From assembly GCA_913048175.1 (NCBI GenBank), contig CAJWVX010000001.1, positions 12,051 to 76,050 of the forward strand: DNA of 64,000 bases, in the 5' to 3' direction. The stretch is from an uncultured Flavobacteriales bacterium. GTDB lineage: Bacteria > Bacteroidota > Bacteroidia > Flavobacteriales_E > Vicingaceae. The notes under the pieces were generated by a model that made no database searches, was not told where the DNA came from, and saw only the letters and a program-made list of their open reading frames with translations. Both the position numbers and the translations under genes were made by a program. Below, piece after piece: positions 49,367-58,824 of this stretch (positions are counted from its first letter, which is position 1; the number at the start of each line of letters is the position of its first letter).

Positions 49367-50431
49367 TTATTTTAACAATTCGTTAAAAGTTTTACATTTA
49401 TTAATAAAGTGTTTCTCAACAATACTTAAATTGATCATTCCATTTAAATTAGGATTAACAACCTCATTTCTTTTAATTTTGTTTTGAAAAATTGCTGAAT
49501 AGAATGCAAAATGCGATCGAATTATTGCTAAAGCATGATTAGGTTTTCCATCTAAAATAAACTTAATGCTAGCAATTGCATCTAAATTCAATCGAAAAAA
49601 TATTTTTACAAATCTTTGATTTTTTGGCAGATTTTTATAAAGTGTAAGTAAACTGTTTCTGAAATTTAAAAATGTCTTTCGAGGATTAATTTTATTTAAC
49701 GTTCCACCACCAACATGATAAACAGTAGAAGAGGGGCAAACCATAACTTTATGACCTTGATTTTTTAAGCGCCAACACAAATCAATTTCTTCCATGTGAG
49801 CGAAATAAAATTCATCTAATCCTCCAATTTGGTGATATTCTTTGGCTCTAATAAATAATGCAGCTCCAGATGCCCAAAATATTTCTATTGGATCATCATA
49901 TTGATTTACATCCTTTTCTAAATGATCAAAAAATCGACCTCTGCAAAAAGGGTAACCATATTTATCTATAAAACCACCGCTAGCACCAGCATATTCAAAT
50001 TTGTTTTTATTATTGTAATCTTTAATTTTCGGTTGGCAGGCCACTATGCTTTTATCGTTGTTAAGCATTTTTAACATTGGCATTAACCAATTTTCTGTAA
50101 CTTCTACATCTGAGTTTAAAAGAATATAATACTCAAAATCTACTTGTTGTAAGGCTTTATTATAACCACCAGCAAACCCTAAGTTCTGCTTAAATTTAAT
50201 AATATCTATAGAGGGGTAGGTTTTCTCTAAAAATAGAATAGAATCATCTGTAGAAGCATTGTCAGCAACTATTATTTTTGCTTTGTTAGAATTTTTTAAA
50301 ACTGATGGAAGAAATTTTTGTAAAAATGATTTTCCATTCCAATTAAGAATAACAACAGCTACGTTTTTGCTCAAAGCTAAATTATCTTGGGTTATTGTAG
50401 TAATCATTTGCTCTTCCTCCATAATGCCCAT
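49367..50431 (-). CDS. Family 2 glycosyltransferase
   Basis: 354 aa with VAVVILNWNG, ADNASTDDS, and GFAGGYN...LLNSDVEV (DXD-type). Every candidate Met start overlaps the upstream GWxTD gene end. Confidence 0.85.
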   Translation of the reverse strand: MGIMEEEQMITTITQDNLALSKNVAVVILNWNGKSFLQKFLPSVLKNSNKAKIIVADNASTDDSILFLEKTYPSIDIIKFKQNLGFAGGYNKALQQVDFEYYILLNSDVEVTENWLMPMLKMLNNDKSIVACQPKIKDYNNKNKFEYAGASGGFIDKYGYPFCRGRFFDHLEKDVNQYDDPIEIFWASGAALFIRAKEYHQIGGLDEFYFAHMEEIDLCWRLKNQGHKVMVCPSSTVYHVGGGTLNKINPRKTFLNFRNSLLTLYKNLPKNQRFVKIFFRLNLDAIASIKFILDGKPNHALAIIRSHFAFYSAIFQNKIKRNEVVNPNLNGMINLSIVEKHFINKCKTFNELLK

Positions 50432-51833
50432 CGTTATCTTCAGTATCCATATCTAAAGGCTGGTTAGTTCTTTTGTGTAATTGAACCTTCCATTGCGCAT
50501 TAAAAATATGTCCTGGCATATCTGAGTGTATTAAAGGGTATTCATTCGTTACTAAATCTCTACTATAAAATACAAATCTCTTATTACTAAACCCTTTAAT
50601 TTTGTGATAGTGCCATATTTCATAAGGATATGAACTTGGTTCACTTTTAATTTCAGTTCTAGTATTTGGCTTTCCATATTTTAAGAATACTCTACCTCTA
50701 TCTGAAGTGTAACCTTGTTTAATTCCTGTAGAGAATAGCTTATTTACTAGATTAACTTGTTTACTATATTCAATCCACTCTTTTTCTGGATCAGTATCAC
50801 TTCTATTAATCCAAAAATTATATAAATATTGTTTCATCAAATCTTCTTCTTCTCCTTTCAATTGATTTTCTGCGAAGTTTATTTCTACGGTTGTAGAAAT
50901 AGGTTCTATTGATTTAATATTTTCTACTAATTGTTTTTTATCCATATTATCCGCAAATGTGTTATAATAATCATCAAATATTAAAAGAGGCGTTGCAGAA
51001 GGATTACTTCGTTGAAAGAATATTTTCTTGTTTATTAAGAGTTCATTTTTTTTATCTCTTGCTTCAATAACTAAATTGTAGTTGCCTGAAGGTAATTTGT
51101 CTATAGAAAAGTATTTTAATAAAACATTTACTGGTTTGGCAGTTTCACGTATAAAACTGCTATAATTCCCAACCTTTTTTTCGTTTTCAGATGTTTCTAT
51201 ATAATAAGTTATTAAAAAAGGCTCATCCATTCCAATAACTTTATCAGCATTGTATATTTCTGAATAGAATGCCATTTTGTCAAAATCTTCAGGGTAGAAA
51301 TCTGATGTATATGGTATAATATCGTAACCATTTTTTGTAAGAACGCTCTTCTCTGTAGATTTTTTTAAAGATTGTATTAATTCAATATCAGATACTTTAA
51401 TTAAACTATCTGGATAATCAATATCTATAATCTGAGTAGATTTGAAGGGCCTTTCTTCAGAACCTAAATCTCTTATTGAAATTTCAAATTCATACTTCCC
51501 ATTTGGCAAAGAAATCCTTTGTTGATCCAAAAAGTTTACTTTTTCAGCTAAAGAATCTGAAATTTCTGGACTTGACAAGTTATACTTTTTAAATTTTTTA
51601 ATCTCTTCACCTTGCTTAAATATTAAAGTAACTTCTATCTTGCTTTGAAAAGTATTTGATATAGTTTTTTTATAAATAGCTGAGTTTCCAACAACAGATA
51701 AATAGGTTTCTATAAAAGGGCCATTATCAGGAGTATTAAATGTACAGTATGTAAAGTTGGCTTTTAAGCTTCCCGCAAATGCATTTAGGCAAAACAAAAC
51801 CAATATAATTATAGAAAGTAAGTGCTTTTTCAT
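50382..51833 (-). CDS. GWxTD domain-containing secreted protein
   Basis: 483 aa with a signal peptide. The C-terminal region KQGYTSDRGRVFLKYGKPN ... YPYEIWHY matches the GWxTD domain pattern. Confidence 0.75.
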   Translation of the reverse strand: MKKHLLSIIILVLFCLNAFAGSLKANFTYCTFNTPDNGPFIETYLSVVGNSAIYKKTISNTFQSKIEVTLIFKQGEEIKKFKKYNLSSPEISDSLAEKVNFLDQQRISLPNGKYEFEISIRDLGSEERPFKSTQIIDIDYPDSLIKVSDIELIQSLKKSTEKSVLTKNGYDIIPYTSDFYPEDFDKMAFYSEIYNADKVIGMDEPFLITYYIETSENEKKVGNYSSFIRETAKPVNVLLKYFSIDKLPSGNYNLVIEARDKKNELLINKKIFFQRSNPSATPLLIFDDYYNTFADNMDKKQLVENIKSIEPISTTVEINFAENQLKGEEEDLMKQYLYNFWINRSDTDPEKEWIEYSKQVNLVNKLFSTGIKQGYTSDRGRVFLKYGKPNTRTEIKSEPSSYPYEIWHYHKIKGFSNKRFVFYSRDLVTNEYPLIHSDMPGHIFNAQWKVQLHKRTNQPLDMDTEDNDGHYGGRANDYYNNPR

Positions 51834-51991
51834 CTTTAAAATATTATTTGTAAAGTTAGTATTTATCTTTTATAATGTGCTATATAATTGATAAACGGTT
51901 CTGTAACTCCTTATATTTCAATCTTATTTTTGTCTAAAAAAAATAAAAAATAAAAAAGCACTAAAATAATTTTATATCAAAAAGCAATTGC

Positions 51992-51999
51992 TACTTTTG
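51992..51999 (+). promoter_or_regulatory. Bacteroidota-type -7 promoter element for tRNA-Ser
   Basis: TACTTTTG ends 4 nt before the mature tRNA 5' end. Confidence 0.45.
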
Positions 52000-52003
52000 C
52001 AGC

Positions 52004-52091
52004 GGAGATGTGGCAGAGTGGTCGATTGCGGTAGTCTTGAAAACTACTGTACTGCAAGGTACCGGGGGTTCGAATCCCTCCATCTCCGCCA
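52004..52091 (+). tRNA. tRNA-Ser (anticodon UGA), class II with long variable arm, CCA encoded
   Basis: Folded by hand. The acceptor stem is GGAGATG/CATCTCC. The anticodon stem GTAGT/ACTAC carries loop CTTGAAA (anticodon TGA). The variable arm is GTAC-TGCAAG-GTAC, the T-arm GGGGG-TTCGAAT-CCCTC, followed by discriminator G and CCA. Confidence 0.93.
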
Positions 52092-52101
52092 AAACCGGAT
52101 G

Positions 52102-52129
52102 AGCCCCTTACAAAGTAAGGGGCTTTTTT
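52102..52129 (+). terminator. Rho-independent terminator after tRNA-Ser
   Basis: Stem AGCCCCTTA (52102-52110) / TAAGGGGCT (52116-52124) is followed by T5-6. Confidence 0.8.
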
Positions 52130-52256
52130 AATGGGTGAATTTTTAGGCGTCATACACAACTATTTTATCTCTTTAATGTTGTCTTTATTTCCTCATATTC
52201 TTTAACGTTTTAAAATAAAAATTGAAGACCTTGCATTTTTTTTAGAAACATTCTTT

Positions 52257-52264
52257 TAGGTTTG
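52257..52264 (+). promoter_or_regulatory. Bacteroidota-type -7 promoter element upstream of rapA
   Basis: TAGGTTTG lies 30 nt upstream of the ATG at 52295. Confidence 0.35.
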
Positions 52265-52294
52265 TTAATAATATAAAATACAATAATAAATAAT

Positions 52295-55129
52295 ATGGAA
52301 GATTTCTATCCAGATCAAAGATGGACAAGTGAGGGTGAACCAGAGTTGGGAGTTGGTATTGTTGTAGCAACGACTAAAAATCGTGTGGAAATACATTTTG
52401 GAGCTGCAGATGAAACTCGACAGTATGCTTTAGCCAATGCTCCATTACGAAGAGTTATTTTTAAGGCTGGTGATACAGTTGTAGATTCAAATAAACGGCC
52501 ATTAGTTATTGAGCGTGTACAAGATAATGGAGAATTATTCTTGTATGTAGGTAAAGATGAAGTTTTATCTGAGGCTGATTTGGGTGATGTATCAATAACG
52601 CATGGTGTTAGTGATCGTCTTTTTTTAGGTGATGTAGAAACACCAGAGGTATTTGCTTTAAGAAGAAATACATTAGAGTATGATCATATGCGAAGGATTT
52701 CGCCAGTTAATGGATTTGTAGGTGGCCGAATAGATCTTATTCCTCATCAGTTATATATAGCGCATGAGGTCAGCTCTCGATATTCTCCTCGTGTATTACT
52801 TTCCGATCAGGTTGGATTGGGTAAAACTATTGAAGCTTGTTTAATATTGCATAGATTGTTGTTGAGTGGTCAGGCAGCACGAATATTAATATTAGTTCCA
52901 GATTCTTTAGTTCATCAGTGGTTTGTTGAAATGTTAAGACGTTTTAATTTATGGTTCAACATTTTTGATGAAGATAGATGTGCTGCACTAGATGAAAGTG
53001 CACCTGATGGAAATCCATTTTTAGATGATCAGTTGATTATTTGTAGCACGTCATTTTTAGCAAACTCTCGAAAACGTGCAAGCCAAGCAATTTCTGCAGG
53101 TTGGGATATGTTAGTTGTGGATGAAGCACACCATTTAGAATGGTCTTTAGATAAGGTAAGTCCAGAGTATGCTATTGTTGAAATGTTGAGTAAAGTAGCA
53201 AAAGGCTTACTTTTATTAACAGCTACACCAGAGCAATTAGGTGTAGAAAGCCATTTTGCACGACTAAGATTACTAGACCCAGAAAGGTATGCAGATTATG
53301 ATACATTTATTAACGAATCGCAAGATCATTCAGCAATCGCAAATATTGTAGAAGATCTATCTTTAGGTAATCCTTTAAAAAAGAAAGACAAAACGGTGTT
53401 AGATTCTATATTTGGTGCAGCAAGAATCGCTAAGATAGAGGGGAATGAGACTCTAGCAAAAAACCAAATTATAGAAGATTTATTAGATCAACATGGTCCT
53501 GGCCGAGTGGTATTTAGAAATACACGTTCAGCATTAAGTGGTTTTCCAAAACGTAAAGCACATCTAATTCCTATAGCTGCAAAAACCAAACAAGAGGAGT
53601 GGATAAAACGCTTATCTAAAGAATATGCTATAGATAAAGATGTCCAAATTAATGAAACTATAAGTCAGCAATTTTGGTTTACTGAAGATCCTCGCGTATC
53701 ATGGTTAGTTGCTTTGTTAACAAAATTAAAACCATCAAAAGTATTATTGATCTGTAGAAATAAAGCCAAAGTATTGGCTTTAGAAAAAGCCTTGCAAAAG
53801 CTGAGTAGTGCAAAAGTAGCTGTATTTCATGAAGATCTTACTATTGTTCAGCGAGATAGAAACGCAGCGTGGTTTGCTGAATCGGATGGTGCACGAATTT
53901 TATTGTGTTCTGAAATAGGTAGTGAAGGACGAAATTTTCAATTTGCACATCATTTGGTATTATTCGATTTACCTGTGCATCCAGAATTATTAGAACAACG
54001 TATTGGTCGTTTAGACCGAATCGGTCAGACAGAAGATATTCAAATACATGTGCCTTACCTAAAAGGTAGTCCACAAGAAGTATTGGTTCGTTGGTTTCAT
54101 GAAGGCTTAAATGCTTTTGAAGAAAACATAGAAGGAGGGAACCAAATAGGACAATTGTTTAACAATCGTTTAATTGAAATAACATTGGCAGCCTCATCAA
54201 GTGATATAAGTATGAAACTCGATGCTTTAATTAGTGATACAGCTAAATATCAAAAAGACTTAAGGCTGACATTAGTAAATGGACGTGATAAATTGCTTGA
54301 AATGAATTCTTTCAGACCATTAGTGGCTGAACAGTTAGTAAAGCAAATTAAAGCTGCAGACCGAGATTTAGGGCTTGAAATTTATATGATCAAGGTGTTT
54401 GAATATTTTGGAATTGAGGTTGAAGATTTAGCTCCACGAACGTATTTATTGCATCCAGCACGAGAAAATAGAGAAGCTTTTCCTTCCATTCCAGATGATG
54501 GAATATCAGTAACCTTTGATAGGAAAAGGGCTTTAAGTAGAGAGGATGTTAGCTTTATTAGTTGGGATCATCCAATGGTAACTGGAGCTTTAGATATGGT
54601 ACTTAGTTTAGGTACTGGTGGAGCAAGTTTTGGTGTTTTAAGAGGAACGAAAAAAACAGGTATTTTATTAGAAGTGGCATTTGTATTGGAGACAGCAGAT
54701 AGAAAAGGAATTCATATAGATCGTTTTTTACCAAACAAACCATTACGTATTTTAGTTAACCATTCGGGTAATAATGTTACAAAAGACTATCCGGTAGAGA
54801 TGTTTAACAAGCAATTAATACCAGGAAGAATAGAAGATGTCATTGATAATGAAACATTCCTTGAAACGATACTACCAGATATGCTTAGTTCAGCTACTGA
54901 TATATCAGAGCAACTAAAAGGAGATGAAATAGCAGAAGGTTTAAAATGTATGAACCAAACATTAGATCATGAAATTGATCGTTTAGGTAAATTATTCAAG
55001 CAAAATAAATCTATTAGACCAGATGAAATTCGAACAGCATTAGATGAGAAAAATGTGTTAACAGAACTTATTAGTAATGCACAAATTAGAATGGATTCTA
55101 TTCAATTGATTAAGGAAGGAGTTCTATAA
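52295..55129 (+). CDS. rapA: RNA polymerase-associated SNF2-family ATPase RapA (HepA)
   Basis: 944 aa, colinear over its full length with E. coli RapA as I recall it. Shared features are N-terminal QRW.S..E.ELG.G.VV, LIPHQL.IAHEV, DQVGLGKTIEA, LVHQWFVEMLRRFNL, VVDEAHHL, LLLTATPEQLG.ESHFARLRLLDP, LLCSEIGSEGRNFQFA, LEQRIGRLDRIGQ..DIQIHVPY and ITFDR..ALSRED..FISWDHP. Confidence 0.9.
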   Translation: MEDFYPDQRWTSEGEPELGVGIVVATTKNRVEIHFGAADETRQYALANAPLRRVIFKAGDTVVDSNKRPLVIERVQDNGELFLYVGKDEVLSEADLGDVSITHGVSDRLFLGDVETPEVFALRRNTLEYDHMRRISPVNGFVGGRIDLIPHQLYIAHEVSSRYSPRVLLSDQVGLGKTIEACLILHRLLLSGQAARILILVPDSLVHQWFVEMLRRFNLWFNIFDEDRCAALDESAPDGNPFLDDQLIICSTSFLANSRKRASQAISAGWDMLVVDEAHHLEWSLDKVSPEYAIVEMLSKVAKGLLLLTATPEQLGVESHFARLRLLDPERYADYDTFINESQDHSAIANIVEDLSLGNPLKKKDKTVLDSIFGAARIAKIEGNETLAKNQIIEDLLDQHGPGRVVFRNTRSALSGFPKRKAHLIPIAAKTKQEEWIKRLSKEYAIDKDVQINETISQQFWFTEDPRVSWLVALLTKLKPSKVLLICRNKAKVLALEKALQKLSSAKVAVFHEDLTIVQRDRNAAWFAESDGARILLCSEIGSEGRNFQFAHHLVLFDLPVHPELLEQRIGRLDRIGQTEDIQIHVPYLKGSPQEVLVRWFHEGLNAFEENIEGGNQIGQLFNNRLIEITLAASSSDISMKLDALISDTAKYQKDLRLTLVNGRDKLLEMNSFRPLVAEQLVKQIKAADRDLGLEIYMIKVFEYFGIEVEDLAPRTYLLHPARENREAFPSIPDDGISVTFDRKRALSREDVSFISWDHPMVTGALDMVLSLGTGGASFGVLRGTKKTGILLEVAFVLETADRKGIHIDRFLPNKPLRILVNHSGNNVTKDYPVEMFNKQLIPGRIEDVIDNETFLETILPDMLSSATDISEQLKGDEIAEGLKCMNQTLDHEIDRLGKLFKQNKSIRPDEIRTALDEKNVLTELISNAQIRMDSIQLIKEGVL

Positions 55130-55207
55130 AAAAGACTAACTGTAGAAGTAATTGATACGTTTCTAGATTAAGAAAATGAGCACTTTTGCTATTTATTAAT
55201 TGTTGCT

Positions 55208-55215
55208 TATTTTTG
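55208..55215 (+). promoter_or_regulatory. Bacteroidota-type -7 promoter element (TAnnTTTG)
   Basis: TATTTTTG lies 25 nt upstream of the ATG at 55241. Confidence 0.35.
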
Positions 55216-55240
55216 CTATAGACACTATTAAATTTAAATA

Positions 55241-56191
55241 ATGAGCCACATACCTAGCATAAATTTAAAAGATTTTATTTCAGATTCATCCGAAAAAAAA
55301 CAACAGTTTATAGATGATATTGGCAAAGCCTATGAAGAGATAGGTTTTGTTGCTTTAAAAGGACATTTTTTAGATGAGGAACTTGTTGAGAAGCTTTATG
55401 AAGAAATAAAGTACTTTTTTGATCTGTCTACTGATAAAAAACAGAAATATGAAATACCTGGAATAGGGGGGCAAAGAGGTTATGTTTCTTTTGGTAAGGA
55501 AAGTGCTAAAGGTAGAGAGGAAGGAGATTTAAAAGAATTTTTTCATTTCGGACAGTATGTTGAAGCTAAAGATAAATTAACTTTTTTTTATCCAGATAAT
55601 GTAGATGTTGCTGAGTTACCAGAATTTAATAAGGTTGGTAAAGAAGCTTATAAAATGCTAGAAAAAACAGCTAAATATGTTCTTAGAGCTTTGGCTTTGC
55701 ATTTAAATTTAGAAGAAACATATTTTGATGAATATATTTTAAATGGAAATTCAATTTTAAGACCAATACATTATCCACCAATAACAAAAGAACCCAAAGC
55801 GGCAGAAAGAGCTGCTGCACATGGGGATATTAATTTAATTACTTTGTTAATGGGAGCTCAGGGTAGAGGCTTGCAAGTAATGAATAATGATGGTGATTGG
55901 GTAGATGCAATAGCTGAACCAGATGAATTGATGATTAATGTTGGAGATATGCTTTCTAGACATACCAACAACAAACTTAAATCTACAATACACAGAGTAA
56001 TTAACCCACCAAAAGAGTCATGGGGAACATCTCGTTATTCTATACCATTTTTTATGCATCCAATAGGAGATATGAAATTAGATGTGTTGGATAGTTGTAT
56101 TTCTGAAGAAGAACCTAAACAGTTTGATGATATTACTGCTGGAGATTTTTTACATGAAAGATTACTTGAGCTAGGTTTAGTAAAAGAGTAG
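55241..56191 (+). CDS. 2-oxoglutarate/Fe(II)-dependent oxygenase (isopenicillin N synthase-like family)
   Basis: 316 aa with an N-terminal DIOX_N-like region and the facial triad region AHGDINLITLL ... KSTIHRV. Confidence 0.8.
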   Translation: MSHIPSINLKDFISDSSEKKQQFIDDIGKAYEEIGFVALKGHFLDEELVEKLYEEIKYFFDLSTDKKQKYEIPGIGGQRGYVSFGKESAKGREEGDLKEFFHFGQYVEAKDKLTFFYPDNVDVAELPEFNKVGKEAYKMLEKTAKYVLRALALHLNLEETYFDEYILNGNSILRPIHYPPITKEPKAAERAAAHGDINLITLLMGAQGRGLQVMNNDGDWVDAIAEPDELMINVGDMLSRHTNNKLKSTIHRVINPPKESWGTSRYSIPFFMHPIGDMKLDVLDSCISEEEPKQFDDITAGDFLHERLLELGLVKE

Positions 56192-56509
56192 TTTACAAAA
56201 AAATGAATAGCTTACCATTATAGTCTTGGATATTTAATTTATGTATTCTACATTTTACTTATTATGAGCTAACCATTTATATAATAACATAAATTTAAGC
56301 TATGGAACTAAGCTCCATTTTAATCAATTTAAAACTGTCCCTTTTTTGTGTAAAAGCTTTTGAATATTGATAATTAGCAATCATAATTTACTATTTTACA
56401 GGTGTCATATGTTGGCTCTAATCCGTATTTTTCATCAAAATTTTAGTCATTTTATTAGCTTGTGTCATTAGGGTTTGGTCAATAATTTATAGTTGAAATT
56501 TGGTATTTT

Positions 56510-58252
56510 TTATTTTTTCACTAAACGAACCTTACTATTTTTTTTGCCTGATACAATTGTAACGATATAAACTCCGGGTGGTTCATTTAATGTAAATTTC
56601 AAATATTTTCTATTCCTGTATGTTTCCGTTAGTATTTGTTTGCCAACCAAATCACTAATAGTAATAGTTATTAAATTATATTTTTCTTCTAAGGCAATAG
56701 AAAAGTTTCCTCTTGTTGGATTAGGGTATATCAAGTTTTTATTGTCTGAGCCCTCATTTTTCACAATCGACACTGGCAAATTATAACAAGGAGAAATAGC
56801 GTTCATATGCATAACATTCCATGCAGTTTCGTAGCCAATTTTATGAGCCATCCAAGTTCTCCATCCAACAGAATCTAAAGGCATAAGATCGCCTTCCAAT
56901 GCACAATCGCTAGTAAGAATAGTGTACATATAAGTTGCTATAGCTTTGTTAACATCTCCACTTAAATGCCAATTGTCACTATAAATTTCTACTCCTGGTA
57001 TTTCTTCTAACATCTGAGCTATCAAAGTTCGTAAGGGAACATTTCGAGCGTAAGGTAATTCAAACTGATTAAGCATCTGACGGGCTGTTCCTAAATCTGT
57101 TTCAACATCACCTGTATTTCTTCGTTTATCTATGCCGTACAACATTGTAACTAACCCTGTACTTTTATCATCTTGTAACGGGTAGCCAAAAGAAAAGTCA
57201 AATATTAAAGAATCAATATTGTACAAGTGGGTAGACCCCATACTAGACCTACCGTAATTAAAGTGTGTAGGGGAACTATTACTATATTGAAGTGTTTTTT
57301 GATCCTCTGCAACTACCCATTGCAAACCATTAAGGATCCCATTCTCGGTGCTAGTTCCTTCGTGGTTATAAATAAGATTTTGGTCGCTAATCTCGCAACT
57401 CTTGAATGGAGAAATGAAGGTTCTATTTCCAATATAATGAACCTGACTAATTTGATTAATCAAGGTAGATTCTGTAATGTCTGCAATTGAATCATCATAG
57501 GAATACAAAGATGATGAAGCACTTTTGTTTAATAGAGAAGAGTAAATTGATGCTGCAACTAAGTATGACCCGTTTGGTGTTGGATGCAAGTTTGAAGTAT
57601 CTTTTTTACTAGTTGGCAAAGCATCCCAAGCAAGACCAGCAGGTATAGTTTGTAGTTGAACTTTTGCCCCGTCTGAAGTTCTATATGTAAATTCTTCGAA
57701 ATGATTTATAGATGTTCCATCATTAGACCATGTCATTAATAATAGTGGTATAGCGCCACCTTCTGTAACTTTTGCTGCAATTTTGTTTACACCTAAAGAA
57801 TAGTAACCAGGCATTTTAGATACGATAAAAGGGTCTGCACCAATTATAACATAGTCCCAATCTATACCATTGTTTCCAGTTAAATTGTTCATCCTTGCGT
57901 CATTTCCATCAGGCCAATAGTAGTATTGAGAAAGAGAATGGCAATAATAATTTCGGTTTGCTGTAATTGAGCCAGCAATTCCAGTAGTAACACTTTTGAT
58001 TTTATAAATATCTTCTGCTACAATATTTATATTGATAGATAAAGAAGTATCTGCCGATAAAATATTCTGTAATTCGTTGGTGATTTGGTTTGGTGAAAAC
58101 TCATCAAAATTATTCTCTATCGAATTACTTGTCCCAATTACTAAAACATTTAAAGTTCCGTCTCCATTAATATCTAAAATTTGTGCCTGCAATACTAATG
58201 ATCCCATTAAACAAAATAACGCGAGATAAGTCTTTTTTAATTTAATTACCAT
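56510..58252 (-). CDS. T9SS-secreted protein with SGNH/DUF4886-like N-terminal domain
   Basis: 580 aa with a signal peptide. VLVIGTSNS ... LHPTPNGSYLVAASIYSSLL resembles SGNH-like hydrolase folds. The C-terminal IYPNPTRGNFSI ... GVYIVTIVSGKKNSKVRLVKK is a T9SS CTD. Confidence 0.65.
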   Translation of the reverse strand: MVIKLKKTYLALFCLMGSLVLQAQILDINGDGTLNVLVIGTSNSIENNFDEFSPNQITNELQNILSADTSLSININIVAEDIYKIKSVTTGIAGSITANRNYYCHSLSQYYYWPDGNDARMNNLTGNNGIDWDYVIIGADPFIVSKMPGYYSLGVNKIAAKVTEGGAIPLLLMTWSNDGTSINHFEEFTYRTSDGAKVQLQTIPAGLAWDALPTSKKDTSNLHPTPNGSYLVAASIYSSLLNKSASSSLYSYDDSIADITESTLINQISQVHYIGNRTFISPFKSCEISDQNLIYNHEGTSTENGILNGLQWVVAEDQKTLQYSNSSPTHFNYGRSSMGSTHLYNIDSLIFDFSFGYPLQDDKSTGLVTMLYGIDKRRNTGDVETDLGTARQMLNQFELPYARNVPLRTLIAQMLEEIPGVEIYSDNWHLSGDVNKAIATYMYTILTSDCALEGDLMPLDSVGWRTWMAHKIGYETAWNVMHMNAISPCYNLPVSIVKNEGSDNKNLIYPNPTRGNFSIALEEKYNLITITISDLVGKQILTETYRNRKYLKFTLNEPPGVYIVTIVSGKKNSKVRLVKK

Positions 58253-58536
58253 ACTAAATCGTTTTTAAAATTGATAGTTCAATTTTATCATGTAAACGAA
58301 TATATTTAGAAATGGTTGCCAATGTAATTGTTAGATTAATTTAAATAAATCTATTATTTACTGATTATCAATAATTTATAGTAGGGTGTGTAATTTATTA
58401 AATATTTATTGTTTAATAATAATCATAAATCGTTAAACAAAATGTATTTTTATAGTGTAATATAAATAATATTATTTCTAACTATTTTAAGCTAGAAACT
58501 AATTATGATTCACATTACTTAGTTACTAATATTTCA

Positions 58537-58824
58537 ATGACAGATACAAAACAGTTTACAGAAAGAGAACTTGACAGAATCATAGAAATGGCTTGGGAGG
58601 ATCGAACACCATTTGAAGCTATTTTGTTTCAATTTGGATTACCCGAAAAGGAAGTTATTAAGGTGATGCGTGCAAATATTAAAGAATCTAGTTTTAAGCG
58701 ATGGCGCAAAAGGGTAAATAGTGGCGTAAGTAAGAAGCATTTAAATAAAAGAAGTGCAGAGATTACTCGTTTTAAGTGCTCTCGTCAACGGGCAATTTCA
58801 GGAAATAAAATAAGTAAACGATAA
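58537..58824 (+). CDS. TIGR03643/DUF2805-like small basic protein (photolyase-associated family)
   Basis: 95 aa. IIEMAWEDRTPFEAILFQFGLPEKEVIKVMR...FKRWRKRV matches my recollection of this family. It is the first gene of the photolyase operon. Confidence 0.65.
   Translation: MTDTKQFTERELDRIIEMAWEDRTPFEAILFQFGLPEKEVIKVMRANIKESSFKRWRKRVNSGVSKKHLNKRSAEITRFKCSRQRAISGNKISKR

Noticed and set aside
51977-52159. 60-aa minus-strand ORF
   Set aside because: It lies antisense across the tRNA-Ser gene and its terminator, so it is an artefact of the GC-rich tRNA sequence.
52092-56509. Integrated genomic island at tRNA-Ser (att repeats, integrase)
   Set aside because: I found no copy of the tRNA 3' end downstream (checked 55130-55240 and 56192-56509 by eye). 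There is no integrase, transposase or other mobility gene. The 2OG oxygenase and the T9SS protein that follow look native. The compositional anomaly is reported as a finding, but no mobile element is called.
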